This document shows positions 17,423 to 33,358 of a stretch of 64,000 nucleotides of DNA, piece by piece. The translations under genes were made by a program, and so were the position numbers. The stretch is taken from NCBI GenBank assembly GCA_951406725.2, contig OX597830.1:7688001-7752000 (forward strand). Reading direction: 5' to 3'. The stretch is from Octopus vulgaris (taxonomy: Eukaryota). The stretch's first letter is position 1. Every line of letters starts with the position of its first letter. A model generated the notes under the pieces. The model was given only the letters and a program-made list of their open reading frames with translations, searched no databases and was not told the DNA's origin.

Positions 17423-17640
17423 GAGGCGCACGGCTTAGTGGTTAGGGTGTCAGCATCATGATCGTAAGATTGTGGTTTGTGGTTTCGATTCCTGGACCGG
17501 TGACGCGTTGTGTTCTTGAGCAAAACACTTCATTTCACGTTGCTCCAGTCCACTCAAATGGCAAAAATGAGTAACGCTGCGATGGACTGGCGTCTCGTCC
17601 AGCTAGGTAACACATACGCCATAGAAACCGGGCAACCAGG
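17423..17640 (+). mobile_element. SINE family C, near full-length
   Basis: A box 'ggcttagtggttagg', B box 'ggtttcgattcc', body 'gttgtgttcttgagcaaaacacttcatttcac', and 3' 'ctgcgatggactggcgtctcgtccag'. Confidence 0.8.
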
Positions 17641-17669
17641 CTTTAAAAAGGGCGCATTAATTATTTTAA

Positions 17670-17729
<60 letters not shown>

Positions 17730-18133
17730 TGTGTGTGTGTGTGTGTACGTAGGTAGGTATAATTAAATATATACACACATATAAATACATACAACCATAT
17801 GGCCATGCATGCATACATACATACATACATACATACATACATACTGGTCCCGCGTGCTCTGTAACTTCTATCAACCCCACCTCTCTCTTTGACTCCTACG
17901 CAACTAGTTGTGCCCTAATCTTCATCGGCTTTATCGCAGTCAGTCTACAGGCCGTGGGTTCGAATGCGTATATTTCATGCCCTGCTACTATATACACGTG
18001 TATAGTAACACAGATATGTCTATATTAATACATATCTAATTATAAGTATATTTATATAAAGATTCTATATATGCATATATGTATTTATATATTTATAGAA
18101 ATGCATATATATTTATATAGATTTTATGTATGT

Positions 18134-18180
<47 letters not shown>

Positions 18181-18225
18181 TGTATATACCAATAATAACA
18201 TGGATTATATATACGTATATGTACG

Positions 18226-18256
<31 letters not shown>

Positions 18257-18507
18257 GTATAATTGTATATATACATATGTATATATATATATATGTATAT
18301 AAAATTATAGACTAAACCAACAAACTAATGCCAAATTGGTTTTATTATAACTGAACGTATCTACGTATATATGTGTGTGTGTGCATGTATGTATATATAT
18401 GTGTATATAATTAGATATGTATGTATATATGTATATAATTAGATAAGTATGTATATATAATGTATATATATATTGTACTTATATTCGCATACACATATAC
18501 ATATATG

Positions 18508-18752
18508 TGGTTCCGGTTTCAGTCCCACTGCATGGAACTTCTACTCTAGCCTCGGGCCGACCAAACCCTTGTGGGTATATTTGGTAGACGGAAACTGAAA
18601 GAAACCCGTCGCATATGTGTGTGTTTGTGTGTGTGTGTGTTTGTGTGCCTGTGCTCGACCCCCCCTCCTCAACATCGCTTGGCAACCGATGCTGGTGTTT
18701 ACGTCTCCGTCATATAGCGGTTCGGCAAATAAAACCGACAATATAAGTACTA
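18508..18752 (+). mobile_element. SINE family A, partial and internally deleted
   Basis: 'tagcctcgggccgaccaaacccttgtg..ggtagacggaaactgaaagaaacccgtcg...cgatgctggtgtttacgtc..gcggttcggcaaa'. Confidence 0.8.
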
Positions 18753-19103
18753 CTAATTTTTTCCGGATCTCTTGAAGCAAATAAATACTTAGTTCGGAAT
18801 ATTTCTCAACAATGTAACTATTATTATATTACTACAAATAAAACAAGCGCACACACACATGCAGGTATTTATATATACACATATATATATAAATACATGC
18901 ACGCACAAACATATACACTCATATTTCTGTATATCTATATGTTTATATGTATTTACATGTTTACGCGTGTTAATACCGTTACGATATAGATATTTGCACG
19001 TATGGGGTACCTATGAATGAACTGCAAATTTGCTATATAGTAAATGGACATTTATAATATGAATACAGTATATGTAATACACACACAAATTGCACCCACA
19101 TGT

Positions 19104-19168
<65 letters not shown>

Positions 19169-19245
19169 TACGTATATATATATATATATACATGTATATA
19201 TATATATACATATATATATATATAGATACATACATATATATATAC

Positions 19246-19276
<31 letters not shown>

Positions 19277-19294
19277 TATTATATATATATATAA

Positions 19295-19402
<108 letters not shown>

Positions 19403-19442
19403 GATAGATAGATAGATACATACATACATACATACATAGATG

Positions 19443-19473
<31 letters not shown>

Positions 19474-19599
19474 GTCTGATCTATTATATTTTACATTTTA
19501 CTTGTTTCATTCATTAAACTGAGGCCATGCTGGGGCAATGCCTTGAAAAGCATTATTTTTTTTAAACCTTGTACTTATTGCTATATACATACATATACA

Positions 19600-19674
<75 letters not shown>

Positions 19675-20193
19675 CATGTGTGTGTGTTTCGGGCTTCTTC
19701 CAGTTTGCGTCTGCCAGATCCACTCACAAGTCCCTCTCCGGCTAGGGGCTATAGTTGGAAAAACCTTTTCCCAGTATAATGATACCTGTGGGTGAGCGTG
19801 TTACTGGGGTCTGCCTATTCATAAACCTATTCGAGCGTGTCGATTCTGTACCGTGGCGGTTCTGTTCTTTTCACTGTACATTGCCCCATCCCATTGACTA
19901 ACTTCATTGTTGGATAATTCGATATTGTTACAGTAACGAACAGACAAATATAAAAGCTCAGGTCGACATGACTAATGCTATACCCCGCGTGGCCCTATTC
20001 AGAAAACTAAGGTCTCTTCTATATTACGGGATCTGCCAGTTTATCTATCTCTCCTATCTACTTTCCTATCCACTGACCTATCCGCCTCTCTATCTACCTA
20101 GCTATTCGCTCTGCTATATATCTATCTATTTGTCCATCGATATATATAGACGTACATACAAACAGATATACATATGCATATACATGTATGTAC

Positions 20194-20224
<31 letters not shown>

Positions 20225-20311
20225 AAGAGACAAACAGAGACAGACAGACAGACAGACATAGAAATATAGACATTGTAGACATAGATATATAGATATATGT
20301 GTATGCATATG

Positions 20312-20357
<46 letters not shown>

Positions 20358-20455
20358 AACGGATACATACATACACACGTATAGATATATACAAATAAAC
20401 AGATATATATTTGTCTGTGTATGTAAATATATATATATGTATGTATATATATATG

Positions 20456-20534
<79 letters not shown>

Positions 20535-20708
20535 GTTACAGCAGACGTCTATGTATTTACATATATATGTGTGTATGTGTGTATGTATAGAGCTATTTAA
20601 CTTCTACTGTCTCTACCATATTGCGAGTTTTTAATATATACACTTAACCAGTCACTAATTCACTCCCATTCTTCTTTTCCTTTCTCTCCCTCCCTCCCAC
20701 TACTCCTT

Positions 20709-20778
<70 letters not shown>

Positions 20779-20789
20779 AGATATGATAG

Positions 20790-20820
<31 letters not shown>

Positions 20821-20861
20821 AGATAACTATATGATAGATATAGTATATAACTATATATATA

Positions 20862-21022
<161 letters not shown>

Positions 21023-21109
21023 CATAAATGGGTGTATGCACTTGCACTGTTTCGGTAAATTGTAATACTAATTATAATATTCACAATTATTATTATTATT
21101 ATCTTCTCT

Positions 21110-21316
21110 ATTCTAGGCCTAAGGCCTGAAATTTGGTCGGGGGTAACCAGTTGATTATATTGACCCAGTACGCAACTGGTACTTAATTTATCGACCCCGA
21201 AAGGATGAAAAGCAAAGTGGACCTCGGCAGAATTTGAACTCAGAACGTAAAGAGAGACGAAATACTAGTAAGCACTTCGCCTGGCGTGCTAACGTTTCGG
21301 CCAGCTCACCGCCTTA
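21110..21316 (-). mobile_element. SINE family B
   Basis: 'cgaccccgaaaggatgaaaagcaaagtggacctcggcagaatttgaactcagaacg...ggcgtgctaacgtttcggccagctcaccgcctt'. Confidence 0.85.
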
Positions 21317-21350
21317 AATAATATTGATAATAATAATGATAATGATGATG

Positions 21351-21393
<43 letters not shown>

Positions 21394-21469
21394 TAAAGAT
21401 GATGAGGATGAGGATAATGAATATTTACAACCACAAGACTATTATCATCATTATCATCATCATCATCAA

Positions 21470-21509
<40 letters not shown>

Positions 21510-21565
21510 ATTATTATTATTATTATTATTATTATTATCATTATTTATCATTATTATTATTATTG

Positions 21566-21633
<68 letters not shown>

Positions 21634-21636
21634 TTA

Positions 21637-21692
<56 letters not shown>

Positions 21693-22172
21693 CATTATTC
21701 ATATACACACAACAGATTAGACTGTTGGAAAAGAAGAACACCTAACATCTGGCTACAACAAGTAACCTTAGATTCTAAGAACTCAACTTAGTTTCCTAAC
21801 TGTCCTCAATAACACTGGGTTTATATATTTTTTTTTTGTTCTTTTTGGGTTTTTGTGGCAGCTGTACTAAATTTATTATTATTACTATTAAGGCTACGAA
21901 CTGGCAGAACCGCTGCAGCGCCGATTATAATGCTTGTCATCGTTTCAGGATCGATAAAATAATACCAGTTGTGTACTGGTGTCGATGCAATTGATTTACA
22001 ACCTCCCTCAATATTACTAAATTTCAGTCAGTAGTAAAAACCATGCCTCTCTTTCTTCTTCTTCTTCTTCTTCTTCTTCTTCTTCTTCTTCTTCTTCTTC
22101 TTCTTCTTCTTCTTCTTCTTCTTCTTCTTCTTCTTCTTCTTCTTCTTCTTCTTCTTCTTCTTCTTCTTCTTC

Positions 22173-22213
<41 letters not shown>

Positions 22214-22222
22214 TATTATTAC

Positions 22223-22258
<36 letters not shown>

Positions 22259-22264
22259 TATTAC

Positions 22265-22399
<135 letters not shown>

Positions 22400-22418
22400 T
22401 ATCATTATTATTATTACA

Positions 22419-22450
<32 letters not shown>

Positions 22451-22488
22451 CATTATTTTATTATATTATTATTATTATTATTATTATA

Positions 22489-22527
<39 letters not shown>

Positions 22528-23082
22528 GAGTGAGCGAGCAGAGCATGCCATCAAAGTGACACTGGGGATAAAATATACGAAGCCCAGTATACCCATCATG
22601 ACTACCCGTCCGATAAGGGCACACCAGGCACATGCATCACAACCATATGTGCGCGACATGGTGATCTCATATCAAGATAAACAGCACATGACCTTGCAGG
22701 TGGAGCCCAGTTAGAATTTTCTTCAGATCGAGTAACCCATCCCGCTCAAAAGGTCCCTGAATAAGGGCTGTCCAAGGACGTTGAACGAAACACCCATGTT
22801 TCCAGAGGTGAATTATTCAAACCCCAAAGAATCCCTCTCAACACATGGCTATGATGCTCCCCCACTACTTCTGCTCGTGATCAGAGATGCACATATCGTC
22901 AGCCACTAAGGGACATGCTCAACTGGTTAAGGTCAAACAACTGACAAGCAAATCTGTGGTATTGAGCAGAATATTTGCTGTAGCCCATCTTTTATACCAA
23001 GACAAACCAATGTACATGATAACACTTCCAATCAGTTAAGATCAGAAGCCATGAGAGCCACTGCCTGGTACTGCATCAGGGC

Positions 23083-23084
<2 letters not shown>
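22528..23084. mobile_element. 557-bp non-coding complex segment embedded in a pure (ATT)n tract; probable microsatellite-targeting non-autonomous retroelement
   Basis: Sharp junctions with (ATT)n on both sides, higher GC than the flanks, and no ORF. It is single-copy in this window, so repeat status is inferred. Confidence 0.6.
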
Positions 23085-23173
<89 letters not shown>

Positions 23174-23175
<2 letters not shown>

Positions 23176-23370
23176 GGCGATGTGCTGGCGAAATGCTTAG
23201 CGGTATTTCATCTGTCTCTACGCTCTGAGTTCAAATCCCGCTGATGTCATCTTTGCCTTTCATCCCTTCGGGGTCAATGAAATAAGTACCAGTTGAATAC
23301 TGGGGTTGACATAATCGACTTATTTCCCCCACAACTTTCAAGGCCTTGTGCCCAAAGTAGAAAGAATCAT
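23174..23370 (+). mobile_element. SINE family B (deleted head)
   Basis: 'ctgagttcaaatcccgctgatgtcatctttgcctttcatcccttcggggtcaatgaaataagtaccagtt'. Confidence 0.8.
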
Positions 23371-23393
23371 TATTATTATTATTATTATTATTA

Positions 23394-23490
<97 letters not shown>

Positions 23491-24106
23491 CACTGAGTCG
23501 ACGATCTGGCTCTGTAATAGAGCCGTTAGTAAAAACGATTATCGAAAGAGGGTGATAAGCATCATACCTACCACGCAGGACATTACTTTTTGTCGGGACT
23601 TCTTCCCCGTTTCCGTTATGAGTTCAAACTCCACCGACGTCAAATTTGCCTTTCGCCATTTTGCTGTCGATAAAATAATTACCTGCTGAACATTGTACCC
23701 GGTGAAGTGGAGTTATTACAAGCCCTAAGTTTCAGACTTCGTGCCTATACAAAAAAGGGATATTTTCCTCATCATTTCTATTTCCGAAAATGGGAACAAG
23801 GAAAGAAACCATTTCACTTTCGGGGAGAGCGCGGTGCTGTCAATTCCATCGATTTTGGAGAATGGTAATTTGTTTTAACGATTCCTGCTTTTGATTCAGT
23901 TTGGGATTGAACTTAAGCATCTAGAGGAGTACCAGTATACTTCGTATGCCTTAACAGTTTTGCCACGCAAAATTACTATATATACATATACATATGTGTG
24001 TGTGTGTGTGTGTGTGCACGCGTGGGTGTGAGTTTGCATGTGTGTGTATCTATGTATATATATATATGCATACATACAATCACACACACACATGCATATA
24101 TTAATA

Positions 24107-24335
24107 CAGGGTGTTCCAAAAGTCTTTCCTCAGTTAATTTTTTGTTCCTGCGCATGCGCAACTTGGCTATCACCGCGTAGTGGGCGGTACGGTGTCAGCC
24201 ATTGTTTCGCAATCGTTATGTACCCTTCAGCGTAACGACATGCCAACCATTGACGAACGTATATTCTTTTGTAGTCTCATAAATATTTATTTGCCATTAA
24301 AATACTTACTGCGGAGAGACTTTTTGAACACCCTG
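24107..24335. mobile_element. Tc1/mariner-type MITE (229 bp)
   Basis: TIRs: CAGGGTGTTCCAAAAGTCTTTCC versus the reverse complement of the right end, CAGGGTGTTCAAAAAGTCTCTCC. TA on the left, TG (decayed TA) on the right. Confidence 0.85.
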
Positions 24336-24529
24336 TGTATACCTTTATTGAAGCTCCAAAAGCCTTCACAAGCTGTTACTCAAAGTTTCACGTTCCCGCT
24401 CGTCGGACGGGAGTGATAAGTATTTAGTATGTTTGCAGCTTTAACAAAGGATTTTACTCTACTTTCGGCATTCGAGTACTATATTTCCCCCCTATTGTAT
24501 ATATGTGCTTACTCGTGTATATACATATA

Positions 24530-24673
<144 letters not shown>

Positions 24674-25066
24674 TGCATGCATATATGCATGTATGCATGC
24701 ATACACGTATGGGGGTACGCCTCAAAGACTTTCAGAATGATGTGGCTTTATAAATGTTTCTGTTTAAAAAATGTATAAATAACGAGAAGTGTGCTCTGGC
24801 GGTTAGTTATTGTAAGGGAGATAATCATTTTTGATCCATCATGGCGGCTGTAGAATTTTGAATTTAAAATCGCAGAACAGCGAAGGTGCACAGAATATTT
24901 ATATTAAACTATTTTTCTTTAACTTGTTACAAAGATTTTAAACGTTCTTGAATGATTTTTTCTACTCCTAATCATAAGTAATGTATTTGTTCGTATCCCT
25001 TATTGGTATTTAACATTAAACAAATATTTCTTTAAAGTATAAACATGTTAGTTTTGATATAAATTT

Positions 25067-25122
<56 letters not shown>

Positions 25123-25848
25123 TGGGGTGTGGATTACAAAAATACGGGATTTTGAATTTATTCGTTACGTCTTGTCGCGTAACCAAAGGAAGAGCAGAAT
25201 ATAGCAATTATTAGGCTATGACTCGGGCAAATGTCGGCCTTAATCAGAATCTAACCACTAGCTTCAACGAAGGTCTGTTTGCTAAAAGGTAGCAAAATGT
25301 GATTTTCATATTAATTTCATTTTTCTGCCGGCAGAAAAAAAAAATCACGGGCATTTTCGAAACGGTGCATCAAAGAAAAATTCCTCCTGCGATATATTTT
25401 CGACCAAGTTCGGTTACTTTGCCTTCTCTTTTTCAAAAGATTACATTGTTCTCCGTTTCCTGCGAGATTTTTGTAAATAAATACCAGTCAAATTATTCTG
25501 CTATTTTAATAGAATTGCTTTTGGTTTATTTTGTGTGAGTGAATTTTTTTTTCTTTTCTTTTCCTTTTGATTTCTGTTTTTTTTTAATCTTTTTTTTTTT
25601 GTTTGTTTTGTTTTTTTTTGTATTTCCGTATTTAAAGGATTGAGAAAGTGGAAAAATAAATGATATTTTCATGCGTTACATTGCAACAATTAAGTCTAAA
25701 TTTTTACAATAATTCAAATTTTTTTTTCTATATTTCTCGTTCATTCTAGTTAAGATGCACTCTTTACAACTATGTGATGCTGGTCCAACTGCAGACCCAC
25801 TAGTGCCTTTCGAGAGAATTAGCTAGATGGTAACTGTGTGGAAGCCCA

Positions 25849-25984
<136 letters not shown>

Positions 25985-26023
25985 ATACATCTATACATAT
26001 ATATGCCTATATATATATATATA

Positions 26024-26084
<61 letters not shown>

Positions 26085-27009
26085 AAATTTGTTTATTGTA
26101 ACGTTAGGGATACGCAAATAAAGGTCCTATTTCATTATGCCGGTTACCGTCTGATGACACTGACTGGTGGGTTATTTTTCCGGCGTTGCATCAAGGTTAT
26201 AGCGATGTAATGTGTACACAACTATATATATATCTACATATATATATATATATATACAAAATGGGAGAAGAAGGCAAAACATCCGGACAACTAGGTGATA
26301 CAAAAAGAGACAATAAAACATCTAGATAGACGATACAAAGAATTGTGTGTGTGTTTCTTTGCGTTCACTCCCTCACTGCTTAAAAATATATTATTAGTCT
26401 ATACCCCAGTAACTAAGAGGTTCGACAGAAGAGTACGATATACTATGAAACATGCATAAAGTATAAATATAGGACGATTAGATCAACTAAAAACTTGCAG
26501 GCAGAACTCCAGCATGGCTGCAGTCCAATGCCTGAGACAAGTAAAAATGTAAAATAATAATAAATGTTATATCCATAATAATGGATACTCCTCATGATAA
26601 TCCCTTATTAAATATAGAGTATCAGACAGATAATTCGGAAGTAGATTCAGAATTTAGTTAATGGGACATGTATGCAAAATGGCTGACTTAAAAATAAGGT
26701 TGAAAATGCCAAATTCTTCCAAACCACCTCGATAGGAGCAATACTCAGATGAGAGTTAAGGGACAAATTTCAACGTTAAAGAAATGGTTTAAATCTACTG
26801 CGTAAGTTGGTAGTTTTGTCAGTTTCTACAGGGGAACCTATGCACGCACTCAGATACACACGAAAAAAAAACAAAAACCACCAGACATATGCGCACACAT
26901 GCGTTCGGAGTGAATGCTCTATGTGCATTGGTGTGTGGGCGTAGATGGAGAGAAAGAGAGAGAGATAACACATGATAGATAGATGCTTTTACATATATAC
27001 ATATATATA

Positions 27010-27419
27010 GGCGCAGGAGTGGCTGCGTGGTAAGTAGCTTGCTTACGAACCACATGGTTCCGGGTTCAGTCTCACTGCGTGGCACCTTGGGCAAGTGTCT
27101 TCTACTGTAGCCTCAGGCCGACCAAGCCTTGTGAGTGGATTTGGTAGACGGAAACTGAAAGAAGCCCGTCGTATATATGTATATATATATGTGTGTGTGT
27201 GAGTGTATGTTTGTGTGTCTGTGTTTGTCCCCCAACATCTCTTGACAACTGATGCTGGTGTGTTTATGTCCCCGTAACTTAGCGGTTCGGCAAAAGAGAC
27301 CGATAGAATAAGTACTAGGCTTACAAAGAATAAGTCCTGGGATCGATTTGCTCGATTAAAGGCGGTGCTCCAGCATGGCCACATTCAAAATGACTGAAAC
27401 AAGTAAAAGAGTAAAAAAA
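27010..27419 (+). mobile_element. SINE family A, full-length
   Basis: Runs from 'ggcgcaggagtggctgcgtggtaagtagc' (A box) and 'gggttcagtctc' (B box) to the tail 'ggcggtgctccagcatggcc...gactgaaacaagtaaaagagtaaaa'. Confidence 0.92.
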
Positions 27420-27430
27420 TATATAGATAG

Positions 27431-27533
<103 letters not shown>

Positions 27534-28142
27534 GATAGAGATAAAGATATAGATATATGTGCATATATGCATATATCTATGTGTATATATAGAGTTAGAC
27601 AGGCTGATAGATATACGCATATTTACATAAATATTTATATGTACGTAAATATAAATAAATATATGTATATATACATATACACACAAAAACACACATACAT
27701 CTACATGCATGTATGCGTTTGTATGTGTGTGTGTGTGTGTGTGTGTAAAAATAGATATATTATGTATTTGTATACATATACATATATATGTGTGTGTGTG
27801 TGTGTGTGTGTAACGGTGGGGTTAGAGAAAAGTTCAATGTCTCTCAATGTGTGAGTCATTGAACTTTCCAGTACTCACAGTAAAAATGTTACTCCAACAA
27901 TGTACCGAGTTCACTGTGTCTTTGAGGTAGTCTTACCGAGTGCACTATACTTACATACACACTCACGCACACAGACACGCACACTCACAAAGACACGCGC
28001 ACACACGCACACACGCACGCACATCTGCTTGTGTCTGTACGTGTTTGTGTTTGTGTGAGTGTGTGTCTGTATAATTATAGATAGAATACATAGATAAATA
28101 TAGAAAACTAGATAGAACGATCCACAGAGAATAGATAGATAC

Positions 28143-28179
<37 letters not shown>

Positions 28180-28300
28180 CAGACAGATAGATTCATACAG
28201 AGAAATAGAGAAATGGATTGATTAAGACAGAAAGATAAATAATGAAAAAGATAGAAGCATACAGACAAATCGATGCATATATATATAAATAAATGTATAC

Positions 28301-28331
<31 letters not shown>

Positions 28332-28443
28332 AAGAGAGAGACTGACAAACGGAGAGACTGTCTAAGAGAGTCAGAGACAGTCAGATGTATTGAGAAATAG
28401 ATTGATAAATAAAAACAGATAGATAAATAAAGATAAGAGACAG

Positions 28444-28482
<39 letters not shown>

Positions 28483-28495
28483 GATAGATAGATAT

Positions 28496-28534
<39 letters not shown>

Positions 28535-28748
28535 CATACATACATACATACATACATACATAGAAACATACATACAAACATACATACATACATATAATAC
28601 ATACATAATGCATACATACATAAATACATACATACCATCATACAAACATACATACATACAAACATACATACATACATACATGCATGCATGCATACATACA
28701 TACATACATACATACATACATACATACATACATACATACATACATACA

Positions 28749-28780
<32 letters not shown>

Positions 28781-29335
28781 CATCTTGCCCGACGATTGTT
28801 CAACACTTTCGAAACCACTCAGCCAATGCTAGGTTAGATATCAATAACTTTAGTCTTCACCTTTCGAGAAATTTGCGCAATCGTCGAAGCCCCTCTATAT
28901 TTATGTTTTTCCCAACATTAAGCCCGTTCCTTCTGCAACTGGTACCTTAAGGTTTCTCCTTCAGGTAATGCTTCACACACGCTCGCACACGCCTATATCG
29001 TATATATATATATATATATATATATATGCATTTGTGTACGAATATGTGTTTGCTAAAGCGCGGCAAAATGGCGTTATTTGACACTTAACTATGTCTCTAT
29101 CATCGATTACTCTCGGAAACAGCGAAAAATAGATTAGCTTCGAGTAGCTGCAATAGAAATCAACACGATAAAAAAATTATACTCTATTACTGGTATGTTT
29201 AAATCTATATAAGTATACATGTGTGCTCTAGCATGACCGCAGCTGCATGGCTGTAACGAATAAAAGAATATATATGTATGTATATATGTATATGTATGTA
29301 TATATGTATATGTATATATGTATATGTATTATGTA

Positions 29336-29375
<40 letters not shown>

Positions 29376-29453
29376 CATGCATATACATATATACATATAT
29401 ATGTATATATATTTATATTTATATATATATATTCATATTTATATTTATAGATT

Positions 29454-29760
29454 TTTATTTGTGAATTAAGGCTACCATTGGTTTTATGTTAAGAAGAGTA
29501 GGAAAATATCCAAGTATCTTAACAATTTTTCAAGCCGATCACATGGAGAATGCTGTTCGCCTCCGTTTTCAAAAACAATCCTGGTTTCCAAAATGGAGGT
29601 TTTCTCCATGTGATCGGCTTGAAATATTATTATTATACTTGGATATTTTCCCTGTCTTCTTAATATAAAATCAATGGTAGCTTTAATTCACAAATAAAGA
29701 AATAATTTAACCACCAATGCGGTGTTGAGCACTCATTCCAACGTTCTACATTCACGTTTA
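29454..29760. repeat. Fold-back element: ~97-bp inverted arms (29454-29550 and 29602-29698) plus a unique tail
   Basis: 'tttatttgtgaattaaggctaccattg...ttcaagccgatcacatggagaa' pairs with 'ttctccatgtgatcggcttgaa...caatggtagctttaattcacaaataaa'. Confidence 0.85.
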
Positions 29761-30044
29761 TATACCGTCCTGTTTGTGTTACCGACGTTGACCCTCTGCA
29801 AAATCCCAAATTTTATTTAATTTGCATTGCGGGAGCAACTGTTTTATCGAAAGCGTATATTGTTCTTAAATGCTCGAAATACAAGAGAAGAAAAACAGCT
29901 AACAACTGATGAAGGGTCGTTCTTTGTGATGTTTGTCTTGTTTCCCACTTTTGTCTTTCGTTGTTCGAAAGAATAGTTCATATTCCATGTATTCGTACTT
30001 CGCATTTTTGTTGTACACTTTTCGTGGCGTCCTGTGCCCACATA

Positions 30045-30080
<36 letters not shown>

Positions 30081-30154
30081 TATATGTAAGTATGTACATA
30101 TACGTATGTATATATGCATGTATATATATATTATTTATATTAGTATTAAACAAT

Positions 30155-30255
<101 letters not shown>

Positions 30256-30267
30256 TATATATATATA

Positions 30268-30887
<620 letters not shown>

Positions 30888-31010
30888 AATATATATTTGT
30901 TGTGCAAATATATATTTATTGGCTAAACTTGCAAAATGACCATTCCGAAATATAACAATATATGTAAATATTTATATGTATATATATATATATATGTATA
31001 TATGTATATA

Positions 31011-31088
<78 letters not shown>

Positions 31089-31464
31089 TTTATCGATTGC
31101 ATCGCCTCCTGCGTTCAGCTGGTAATTATTTTATCGATCCCAACATGATGGCTGCGAAAGGGGATCTCAGCACTATTTTTAGATATGTGTGTGCATGTTT
31201 GTGTGTGACTGGGTATTTGTGAATTGTGTGTGTGTGTGTGCCGGTGTGTACTTAGATCCCTAGATAGGTTTCGGTCAGAATTGGTGCAGGCAATGCCCCA
31301 CTTAATGGCACCACCGAGAAAAGGCATTTAATGTTGTTTCATATTACAATCATACTTTGTGCGCATTTGAGCCCATTCGAGTGAAAAGTTATTGTTTGGA
31401 GAGAGATATCCGGGGCTGGGGGTGTCTATCTGGAATTGGTCGGGCGAACATTTACATTTACATT

Positions 31465-31560
<96 letters not shown>

Positions 31561-31819
31561 TACACGCAAATACACCAAACACACACAAACACAACACACA
31601 CACACACACACACATATGTATATAGTAGATAGATATACATATATATATGTGTATATGTATGTGTGTTTGTATTTATACATATATATATATATGTATAATA
31701 TGTATATATATATATATATATATGTGTGTGTATGTATATATGTATATTTATATGTATGTATATATATATGTATATATATATGTGAGTTTATATATGTATA
31801 GATATATGTATACATATGC

Positions 31820-31870
<51 letters not shown>

Positions 31871-32684
31871 ATAAGCATATATGGGTACGTGTTACATATA
31901 TGCATATATATGCATATAGTGGTGAGGCGAATTAGTGCCTATTTCTCAGCATATAGACTAGAAATTTTTCTTTCTAAACCTTTATTATGATTATACATAT
32001 AATTTTTTCACCTCAATCGGTTTCATTTTATATGCTTTCCACTGATAAAACTTTTTAAAACAAGTTTTATCTTCATTCATTACATATGCATGTGTGTGTG
32101 TGTTTGTATATAAATGCTTGTGTGTATGTGTACTACTCCCTCTCTTTCTCTCTCTCTTTCTCTCTCTTTAACTCTCCCCTTCTCTCGTCTGCGCCTGTCT
32201 CAATTTTTTATATTTTTTTTCTTTTGCAGAACCTTCATCGTGGTCCTTGTCTGTGTTAGAATTAGTAGTTAAATGTCCCTGGAATTGCTCCTCAAGATCA
32301 TAAAAACGAACACGTTGGATATAATAGCATTGTCTTTGAATAACATTCTGGAAATTAGAAGTGATGGGCACGGATGGAGTGCTTTCCACTGTTCGTCATC
32401 TGAATCATGGCTGACCCCCAGGTTGAACAACGGCAACAACAACAACATTTAACCTTTATTTATATATCCGGCTCTTACCCACCTTTCTCTGTGGAATTCT
32501 TGTCCTGAATGTGTAGGAGGTTAATGTGTGTATGTCTGTGTGTGTGAATGTGTGTGTGTCTGTGTGTGTGAGTGTGTGTCTGTGTGTCCTTGTATGTGCC
32601 TGCGTGTGGGAGTGGTGCGTATTTAAAAGCTTGGAGTAAATGAATAAATGTGTGTGTATATATCAATATATAATGATTCCACAT

Positions 32685-32900
32685 AGGGCGAGGAGCTGGC
32701 AGGATCGTTATCATGCCGGTCGAGATGCTTAGCGGTATTTCATCCGTCTAAACGTTCTGAGATCAGATTCCGCCTGAGTCGACTTTGCTTTCCGTCCTTT
32801 CGAGGTCGATAAAATAAGTACCAGTTGAACATTGGGGTCGATGTAATCGACTTAAACCCGTTCCTGAAATCGCTGGCCATAGGCCAAAATTTGAAACCAA
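32685..32900 (+). mobile_element. SINE family B
   Basis: 'gagctggcaggatcgttatcatgccgg...gtcgactttgctttccgtcctttcgaggtcgataaaataagtaccagttg'. Confidence 0.8.
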
Positions 32901-33109
32901 TATATAATTTTGCATATACGTACACACACGTGTGTTTTTGTGTGTGTATGTGTGTACGTAAGTACATACATATACACATACATATGTACATATATATACA
33001 CATCCCAAAACATATATACAAATCAACATCTATATAGGTGGGTAAATAAGACATAAGTCTATATGAACGTTTGCGTCTATAAACGTTTCGTTTCATGCCA
33101 ATCTATATA

Positions 33110-33358
33110 CATTAATCCCTCGACTATCGCGGGTGTTACGTTTCAAATCGCCTGCGATAGTTCAAAATCCGCGAACTAGAAAGAGTACTGTACTGTATAT
33201 TTTTTGTATTACTTTTATAATTTGTATATATTTATTTTATTATAAATGCAAAACAACACCACGGAGGAATCAATGTAAGTTTAGATAATAAACCGCGATA
33301 GGTGAACCGTGATAGGTGAACCGTGATAGGTGAACCGCAATATGGCGAGGGATTACTG
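33110..33358. mobile_element. Tigger/pogo-like MITE (249 bp) with subterminal 14-bp tandem repeats
   Basis: TA|CATTAATCCCTCGACTATCGCGG ... CCGCAATATGGCGAGGGATTACTG|TA, with about 3 copies of GATAGGTGAACCGT near the right end. Confidence 0.8.

Noticed and set aside
27010-27085. SINE heads (also 17423, 36037, 39517) as tRNA genes
   Set aside because: A and B boxes are present, but there is no closing acceptor stem and they continue into SINE bodies.
33290-33340. Short tandem repeats resembling a CRISPR array or iterons
   Set aside because: No spacers; these are subterminal repeats of a Tigger-like MITE in eukaryotic DNA.
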